Below are positions 14,399 to 24,000 of a DNA stretch of 64,000 nucleotides, one piece after another; position 1 is the first letter of the stretch, and each line of letters starts with the position of its first letter. The notes beneath the pieces are model-generated. The model had not been told where the DNA came from. It saw nothing but the letters and a program-made list of their open reading frames with translations, and searched no databases. The DNA is from Bugula neritina (Eukaryota; Animalia; Bryozoa): NCBI GenBank assembly GCA_964035545.1, contig OZ037772.1:11034818-11098817 (forward strand), read 5' to 3'. The position numbers were made by a program, and so were the translations under genes.

Positions 14399-17300
14399 TT
14401 ATTGGATGACTTCTTTCTTGCTAGTCAAATCAGCTGGCTCCACATATTCACCTGGACTAGTGGAACTGTATCGCCCTTCCTCATCAGTTCTCTGTTATAT
14501 AGAGAAAATATATTTATATTTGATTGGTTATCACTTGGAAAGCTAGAAAATTTAGCTGAAACTATAATATTAACAGACAAAGCTGTTTCGAGACATAAAA
14601 TTATCCCCCTTGAAAACTATGTCAAATCATATATGATAAACATTAAGTAGATGAGGATCAAACTATGCGCTTAACTCTAGAAATATTATAGAGTAAAAAT
14701 TTCCAGAATTTTCCACCAGGTTTTCAACTTCCTAAAACACAAAATTCAACACATTGCTAGTTTCAAACTTTATTTAAAGCAATATTAGCATATAGTTTAG
14801 AATTAAGCATTAAGATATTAAATAAAAACTAACATTATGTAAGACATAAAGTTATAATAATATCACTTTATTCTATGAAGTATCAAGTACAACACTCACT
14901 CTCTGCTCAGCCATCAACTGATACATCTCCTGTGGGTTGTATCCTCCAGATGCCTGAGATATTATGTCATGTCTCATTGATGCAGTACAGAGCGCCTCAT
15001 CTGATGCCCCTAAATCAGATGTGAGCTGATATGGTGAACTTAGACCAACATGGGCTTTTATAATAATATGGCTAGTAGCTTAACTAAGTATGCCAAGTGA
15101 ATGAGTCATGTTAATTTTTGAGGTAGAAACTGAAGAATTAAACAAATTTTGCTGCTGCTGATTGCAGTATATAGAAGGTAAACTAGAATTCAAGAAAAAA
15201 AAAGATTTTTATATTTTATTTAAAAAAACATTAGCATCAGCTAAGTTAAAAGTCTATAATTTCTTATACAGTTTGAATTCTGCTGAAAACAAACAAAAAA
15301 TTTTGCTCGCAATTGTCAAATAAAATATAATATATTTTTCACAGTTGCATAGGACACATTGTATGTAGCTATTTGTAGCTGGATTTTGAGATGGGAATAA
15401 ATCCCTAGCTGGAGTTAAGTTAGCATTGAAGCTTTACTTACTAGCAAAGCTTGATAAGTTTACTTTAGAAGTTTAGTTGACAACTTTCAATTTCTTATCG
15501 CATGTATTTAAAGCAGTTCTAAATAACAATTGTTTTTGCTGATTAAGCTGCAATCAATGTAATACACAGTTAAAGGGATAGTTATATTTTTAAACAGTTA
15601 TTAGGAAATTTTTTAATTTTTGAATGTTGAAGATATATTAAAGAACAAACACTGAATCAGCTCACCAGACAAAGACTTAGCACCATAAAATGTTGCCTCA
15701 TTTCTTGCTTTGATCTCATTTTTCTTGTTTCGTATTCTTTTGTTGCCAAACCAGTTAGATACCTGAAGAGATCATTGTATTGCCAAATGTTAAAAGCATT
15801 AGGTATACACTCTAATGTACTAATGGAAATGCATTGCATTGCTAAATATGACCAGAATTAACTTTATACTCATAGACAAAACTAAAATAGTCAACTTTCA
15901 ATTATGTAATACGCATTCATTTATTTTATATCAGTATGTATTATGAAGAAAACGTACACGACTCAACGCAGAAATAATTTCTATATAATTATGTAATCAT
16001 ACTTTGTTGAAAACATTTAATAATGTAAGTAGGTATAGAATATTAGACTATAGTTACTTTTACTTCTGGTTCAGATAATAGGGGAGGGGGACTTATAGAA
16101 AATACCCCACCCTACCTGAGAGACTGAGATGTTACAAGACTTGGCCAGCTCCAGCTTAGCATCCTCTGATGGGTACTGTCTCTGAGCGTTAGAGTAGAAG
16201 TAAGTGTTCAACTTCTCCGTCGCTTGTCTCGAAAAGTTTCGTTTTCTCGGCCTAAAATTCGATAATTTAGAAACAATGCAAAATAGCAATATTTTGCCTT
16301 AACAATTGAAAGTACTTTTATAGCATTGATTTAGATAGTATTACTATAGTCCTTTAATGGTAATAAAAGCAAATAGCGGGAATTTAACCGTGCGTCAAGA
16401 AATTCGTTCCTCAGTCTCATTACAGAGTCACAGGTATCTTTTTTCAACAAGTGCTCAACTTTGGAAAATTCTCCTTCAATTCTGGCAACTTGACTGTCTA
16501 TCTCAGTTTGATTGATTGGTCGGATGGTGCTCTGGCGCGACAGCACTTTGAGGGCGTGGCCAGTAAACTCTGAGCATGCCTGGAAGGTACATCCTGAACT
16601 TAGGAACATTAGCTTTAAGCATCTCCAAAGATTAGAGTAGGTATGCTATTTTAATGTCTATGTAAGCTTTCATGTAATACTTGTATTTGCTTATATTTGT
16701 CACACTATGTTATAGTAAATATATGTACACTCACCTGTTTATAATGTCACATCATGTAGCAATTATGTACACTCACCTGTTCATACTGTCACATTATATA
16801 GTGAATATGTACACTCACCTGTTTATACTTGTCACACTCTTGGTGGTAGATAGTTCTAATCTGCGCCAACTTGTTCTTATATTCAGCATGTTCTAAATAA
16901 TATGTTAAGTCTGTATTGCAAAATATTTCAAGAAATATTGTTATTATCTTATATTACGTTATTCTACATCATATGACTTTCTGTAATTAAGAAATGTTGA
17001 AGTATATATTAATTTTCATTATAATTATTATGAAATATCATACTGCTTTAATTTATATTTTGCCATATTGTATATTATTGTTATATTATATTGTGTTATT
17101 CTACAATATGGTTATTTATCTTATATTATACTACAATATATTGTATTATATTATACTAAACTATACATTTATTATATTTGCTATTCAATTACTGGGGCAT
17201 AGAACTTATAAAACTGAGATGTGAATATCAGGTATTTTAGAAACTGTATGCTATGTACAAGCTCACCATCAAAACCACCTGCTGAGGACGTGTCATGGAA

Positions 17301-17507
17301 GTCAATAGGAGGACCAGTGACACTCTCAGTCTGTAGAATGTTATCTAGTGTACTCAACTTGCTCTCCAGGGGTGTAGCTGAGCTGGTGTCATTTTTCAGG
17401 GGGTTGTCTGATTCTACGGAGATACATATAAATGACTAGTGGACTATAAATAATTAGTTTATATCATATAATATCAGTATAATATTAGTTTATATATATA
17501 TATATAC

Positions 17508-17566
<59 letters not shown>

Positions 17567-17814
17567 TAGATAGATAGATAGATAGATAGTGAAGAGGATA
17601 TTAGATATGTGACTGAGTTAAAAATAGTGGGGAAGAGAAAGAGAGGACGACCCAAACGAAGATGGATGGACACGATAGGAGATAACATGAAGCGGTGGGG
17701 CCTTAAACCAGAGAATGCAGAAGACCGGGAAAGATGGCAGACGCTGATAGAGATTGGAAACCCGCAGACCGGTCACTCGTACAGGACTACGACCGTATAG
17801 GTGTGAAAGGTGTG

Positions 17815-17880
<66 letters not shown>

Positions 17881-17900
17881 ATATATATACATATATATAC

Positions 17901-17996
<96 letters not shown>

Positions 17997-19156
17997 AACC
18001 TACTTCTTTTCTCTTTCATCTCTTTAAAAACCTCATATAGAGCTGATGCCATTCTGTTAGCTTTGAGACTATTCATTCTGAAATTAGTATAAACTATAGT
18101 AATTGATAATACATCAGTTCTATGTGATATCTACAACACAACGGTTTTACATAACACGTAATACAGCTGTTCTCCAAGGAGTTGCGTTATTCTATGAATA
18201 AATTTTCTTTCTCAACATAACTGTTTCAGTATAATATAATATAGCATTGAATGCCATATCGGGCATGCAGATACATTAGAGCTCAGTGGATATTTGAGTT
18301 GTTCATTGCTTTCCACATATGCATTGCCTTGTGGCATAAATAAATAACAAAGTTTCTTAATTATTGTAAAACCTTATAACAAAGTTCTCTTTTATTGCTG
18401 CTAGAGAAAGCATACCAGTTTCTCTTCTACGTTAGTACGCAGAGCTCAAACTGCCATCTTCATGTTAATCAAAGGCCGTGGACTTTTAATTTACTTGGCA
18501 AAAATAGTCTCGTGTGGCGGAGGGCAGAAAAGCGGGCTCTATATGCATTGTGTAAAGATAATGTGTTGATATTAATATATTTTCAAGCATGTTATATGTC
18601 TTGCTAGAGGTTAAAGCGTAATAAACTCTTATTCTACCATGGCACTTATGATTGGGTTTGAAAGCAGCTTGCTTATTTCTACCATTTAAAAATCACCATG
18701 ATCACTAAACATTTATTGCCTCATACTTTCTATTGATATAAAAGAAAAAAATAAAAGACCTTCAAACAGTGAGAGAAATGGAAGCAGCCGTGGTCTAGGG
18801 GTCAGAGCGTTCGCCTAGTAAACACGAGGTCATGGGTTCGAGCCCATACAGAGGCCATTGGTGATGTTAGGAAGCACATCCAGTCATAATTGCTCCTGTG
18901 CCTCATTCAAATAAGTCCTTAACTCGCTTTAACAAAAACCTTTTCCATCAGGGGTTTCTCACAGGTATAGTGACTATAAATTTCCGTGAGTTTTTTCCAG
19001 CTACCCAAACAGGACAAGGCGGAGATAGGTGAGAATTAGTGAGAAAAACAGTGAAAGAAACTTTCAAAGTGAACAAGACTATATGAATACTTACGCTGAA
19101 GTAATATCCTGTGAACTTGAATACTCCATAGTTTTAAATGCGTCTTGAGCATACAT
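14399..19156 (-). CDS. Divergent Pbx/extradenticle paralog (PBC-class TALE homeodomain protein), 9 exons, 'Pbx-B'
   Basis: Exons 19156-19095 ([20 protein letters not shown]), 18077-18004 ([24 protein letters not shown]), 17413-17267 (..[16 protein letters not shown]..), 16892-16819 ([25 protein letters not shown]), 16579-16389 (ACSEFTGH...LRNEFLDAR), 16251-16116 ([45 protein letters not shown]), 15762-15666 ([15 protein letters not shown]), about 15054-14900 (needs an AAG acceptor), 14491-14399 (TAA). Intron positions and phases match the canonical copy. Confidence 0.85.
17488..17992. repeat. (TA)n/(GATA)n microsatellite split by a LINE fragment
   Basis: Long TA runs at 17490-17565 and 17818-17992. 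Confidence 0.95.
17588..17817 (+). mobile_element. 5'-truncated RTE-clade LINE 3' end
   Basis: [50 protein letters not shown] (RTE ORF2 C-terminal motif), followed by the tail GGTGTGAAAGGTGTGAAA. Confidence 0.85.
18780..19044 (+). mobile_element. tRNA-derived SINE, longest copy (with LINE-like tail)
   Basis: Pol III A box TGGTCTAGGGG, B box GGTTCGAGCCC, anticodon-arm-like CCTAGTAAAC (Thr-AGT-like), body GTTAGGAAG.CATCCAGTCATAATTGCTCCTGTG. Four other copies in the window. Confidence 0.85.
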
Positions 19157-19628
19157 TGTGCCAAGTAAGCTGCCTAGCAAATTAGGAAGGTTAAAGATGG
19201 TGCTACAAAATTGTAGTGATGTTTATGAGAACCCAGAGACGTGTTTGTCAACACCAGTCAAGTGCTAGCAAGTGTTGACAATTGCCAGCAGGTGTTGACA
19301 GATAGGCAAAATGAACAATTGAGAGTCTGTCAGCTTGATATCTGATGGATGAAATATATCAACAGATTTACACTTACGAAATATACATATGGTACCAAAG
19401 TACACTTGTATTACACAGGGGGCATATACTCTACCAACATACACACATACTCACATTATACCAGACTATAGTATGGATCAGTATATAGATAGCATGGTAT
19501 AATAATACATGCAGGTATATGGTGATTTTGTATTATATATTACAAGCACACCGTGTACTTGGTATCTTATATAAAGGTGCTATAGCGTATGTTATATTAT
19601 AGTAATCACTTATAGTTATAATATAAAA

Positions 19629-19843
19629 GGAGCAGCCATGGTCTAGAGGTTAGAGTGTTTGGCATAGTAAACACGAAGTCATGGGTTCGAACCCCAACAA
19701 AGGCCATTGGTGATGTTAGGAAGAGAATTCAGTCATAATTGCTCCTGTGCTTCATTTAAATAAGTCCTTAGCCTGATCTAACAAAAACCCCTTTCCATCA
19801 GGGGTTTTCTCACAGGGATAGTGACTATAAACTTCCGTGAGAG
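19629..19843 (+). mobile_element. tRNA-derived SINE copy
   Basis: Colinear with the 18780 copy over about 210 bp. Confidence 0.85.
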
Positions 19844-21021
19844 AGTTATAGTTATAATATAACTTGTATTGATTCCTTTTATATACTTATGAGTACAATT
19901 AAAGCATATTGCATATAGTGCTGACAGAGACATAGCTATGGTGTTATTTATGGTATTTCAAGGGAACCTATTTGCTTTATATAGAATTAGGTTAGATATT
20001 TGAATCTGAAGTGAAAGTTAAATTATCTGTAGTGGACCAATTATTAATTTGTCACACTTTAATATACAGCTACTTGCTTTAGTTTTCTATGCGACGAATT
20101 ACCAGATTATTTTTTTAATAAAATTGTCAGTACAAGATGTCTTGCCACATTAAAGCTTGGTATGATGCCAAAATGAATGTATTTTGACCACAGCTACAAG
20201 AAATGCATTAAAATCTAATTACATTGTATTTTAGTATAGAATAATTTTATAAAATATGCATGTAAATAGTATATGGAAACAGGGTTATATAATAGAATTA
20301 GACAATTCATAGTACATTGTAAAATATTATAATAGCATAAAGCACTGTATAAAAACACATCAAAAATGAGTTGCAAATGAAAAGACTTCTACATTCAGGA
20401 CTAGATTTGTCTTCCCCTAATATTCCTAAATTACACAATAGCTTAATTACAAACGTATAATACAAGTTGGTTTCACAAAATAATAGATATCATGAGCTGA
20501 TATCTAAAGGAAGTGGTTTTGGCCAGTAGTAATATAATTAATGATAATAGTAACCCTGCTAAAACTCATCATGAAAACTAAAATTCACAATTTAAAAAAT
20601 ACTCAACAGGTCAAGAAGTATACACTTTTAGTAAATGAGGGCTCGCCAACCAATCAAATCAATGTATTATATGATAAAAATAAATCGACTGTAAAATATG
20701 AAAACACGAAACAAGTTTCCAATGACAACAAGTAACAACTTTCTGGCTATAACTAATGAATTCAAATAACCTAACAGAGTATCCGTTATCGATTCATTTC
20801 TCTTCTATTGGAGAAATTCTAATCCTGCACTTAGTAAATAATAGACGTAGACAAGTGAGTCAAAATGTGACAGGTGAGTCACAGTACGACAGGTGAGTCA
20901 CAGTGTGACAGGTGTGTCACAGTGTGACAGGTGTGTCACACTGTGACAGAAGATCATCGTAGACTGAGAATTCCTGGATGAGTCAGACCTTTAGTCAAGC
21001 GCTAAGAGCTTATTGGATGAC

Positions 21022-24000
21022 CTATTTCTTGTTAGACAAATCATCTGGCTCTTTATAGATGCCAGGACTGCTGTATCTTCGGACATCCTCAGCTCTCTGT
21101 AACATAAACATAAAGTATAGCTGACAATCAAATTGCTCAACCAATAAAAAACTTGCGTTGAATATTTGATTCGTAGAAAATTATCTGCAGTTATTCATAG
21201 TCAAGGTACACAGAACTATAAATAAAAAGCAATTTCAGCACAAAAAATACATAATTATAAAATAACTATGCTACATAAATCACTATGAATTACCAGAAAA
21301 AATCTTTAAACTTTTTGCTGATCCAAAAGGTTTTATCTATTTAGCTTTTGTGCATTAAAAAGTAAATTTTATAATAAAGAACAGCAAAACAGCCTTTGTA
21401 CTATGAAAAAGGAAAAAAAATTCACTATGCAGACTGGAATGAGTAACTCTCGGGGTTTTCTAATGATACTCAACATATTAAGTGGAAGAAGAGAGATTTA
21501 AGACATTACAATACTATGACAAGGAAACAAAGTTTAGAAAGCAGACGGAGTTTGTTAACCTTTAAACAGTGCATGATGAGACAACTCCAATTTTCAATTA
21601 CATTTTTTAAATGATATTCACCAACTGTAACCAGTTTATTTTATGAAACACACATTTTAACACATGTCAAATGCTTTAAAGCAATTAGCATAAAGTTTAA
21701 AACTTAACTAGTATACTGTTGAAGATCACCAATAAAAACTGGCATTATGTAAGACATAAAGTTATAATAATATCACTTCATTTTATGAAACATCAAATAC
21801 AACACTCACTCTCTGCTCAGCCATCAACTGATACATCTCCTGAGGGTTGTATCCTCCAGCTGCCTGAGATATTATGTGTCTCATTGACGCTGTTGAGTTC
21901 TGAATGTTAGCAGCTACCTGATCAGCGGGGAACGCCCCCTCAGACGCCCCCAAACCAGACATGAACTGCCCAGGAGAAGTAAGGTTAGGAGCATTCATGG
22001 AATACGCTACAAAATACCAACATATTCTCAAGTTATAGAAAACTATACTTCAATGAACTAATAATAATTAGTAAATATTCTAAATATATTAAATTTCAAA
22101 AAATTAAAGTTAATGACTGACTGAGTGCCTATTTTGTTCCAATCTAGCTATTTTTCTTTTAAAATATTATTTTATATAAACTTATAACTATGTCATTAAA
22201 GTAAAAACTATAATTTAAAATAAATTCACAGCTCTCAAAGTATACAATTGAATTACAAACCAATCGGATCAGAAGATGATAAAATAAACAATCTAAAGAA
22301 AGTGTACAGATGCTGAAGGATGTGCAGAATGTAGGCTAAATGTCCCATACTTACGGGGCACTCTAGACGCCTCTCTCCCAGCTGCTTTAGCCGCATACAT
22401 GTTAGCTTCCTCTTGCGCTTTACCGATATTTTTCTTATATCGGATTCTCTTGTTACCGAACCAATTGGAAACCTGCGTCAGACATACATTGTAACTAATC
22501 AAGTATAACATACACATTATATACAATAATTTATGTGATATATATATATAATACAGCATACAGACAGACTACAAGCTACACCACACTATTTTGAAGTTGC
22601 CCGCTTACCTGAGAGACTGAGATATTACACGATTTAGCCAACTCCTCTTTGGCCTCCTCCGAAGGGTAGGGATTGTTGATGTGAGAATAAAAGTATTCAT
22701 TTAGTCTTTCAGTCGCCTGCTTCGTAAAGTTCCTTCTTTTTCGTCTACAAACATGTCACGGCATTTGAAAGAAATGTGACTGGTAAAAGAAACACTAAAC
22801 AACAGATACACTTTACACAAATTAAACAATACAGGAAGTAGAGAGCAGACAGGAAGTAGCGCGTAGACAGGAAGTAAAAAGGAAGTAGAGAGGACAAATC
22901 CAAACCTAGCATCAAGGAACCGGCTCCTTAGGATCATGACAGCCTCACACGTACTCTGCTTTAATTGCATTTCAATGGACGAGAAATTCTTTTTGATAAT
23001 CATAACCATGCGTTCCATCTCGGTCTTGGCGACGGGTCGGGTACGTCCCTGCTCCCGCAACAGTTGGGTCACATGACTAGTGAACTCTGAACATGCCTGA
23101 AACACAAACACACATAACTTTGGTAAAGAAATCCTTGCTTATTTACTTTAATTGTAACCACGTAGCCAATATAAAGTTTCTGCAGTTTATCCTTTACCAT
23201 AATGTTATAGAAAATACTTGCAACTTGATCAACATTTTCATCCAATTTGCAAATAAATTCATATTTGTCACACTGTGTAGTGAATATGTACACTCACCTG
23301 TTCATACTGTGACACTATATAGTAAATATGTACTCACCTGTTCATACTGTGACACTATATAGTAAATATGTACTCACCTGTTCATGCTGCGACACTATAT
23401 AGTAAATATGTACTCACCTGTTCATACTGTCACACTATATAGTAAATATGTACACACTCACCTGTTCATACTTGTCAAACTCTTGATGGTAAATAGTTCT
23501 AATCTGCGCCAACTTGTTCTTATAATCAGCATGTTCTAAAGTGTAATTATTCAGCATTATTAAAACACATTAAAAATTAACAATTTTAAAATGAAATGTC
23601 CATGTGTCGCCACTGCTTGATAAGGTGACACGATCATCTACAGCAGGGCCAATTCCAGACACCAACATGAAAGTAGAACTCAACCATGCTATGCTATGGA
23701 AAGCTACCAAACCCTTATAATCATTATATAAAACAATATTGAAATACAGTTGAAATACTATTCACTTAGGACAAATGATAATTTAAAGTTGTTTTACTAT
23801 GAAAGAGAGAAAAAATGAGGGGATAACTACGAAATAAAAGAACAGATTTACAAAAATTAAAGTGTTGTAAATATTGTACTTGTTTATTACCAATAATGAA
23901 CATGTAAACAGTGACTTACACTACTATACTGTACATCCATGTAAACATTGACCTACACTGTTGTACTGTACATCCATGTAAATAGTGACCTACTAAAAAC

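Noticed and set aside
18780-18855. tRNA-Thr gene (also 19629, 34915-34986, 60297)
   Set aside because: The tRNA-like head continues into a shared non-tRNA body of about 150 bp in all copies, and the stems are degenerate: SINE heads.
14399-19156. Pbx-B as an uncollapsed haplotype or processed pseudogene
   Set aside because: Far too divergent from Pbx-A to be allelic, and it retains all introns.
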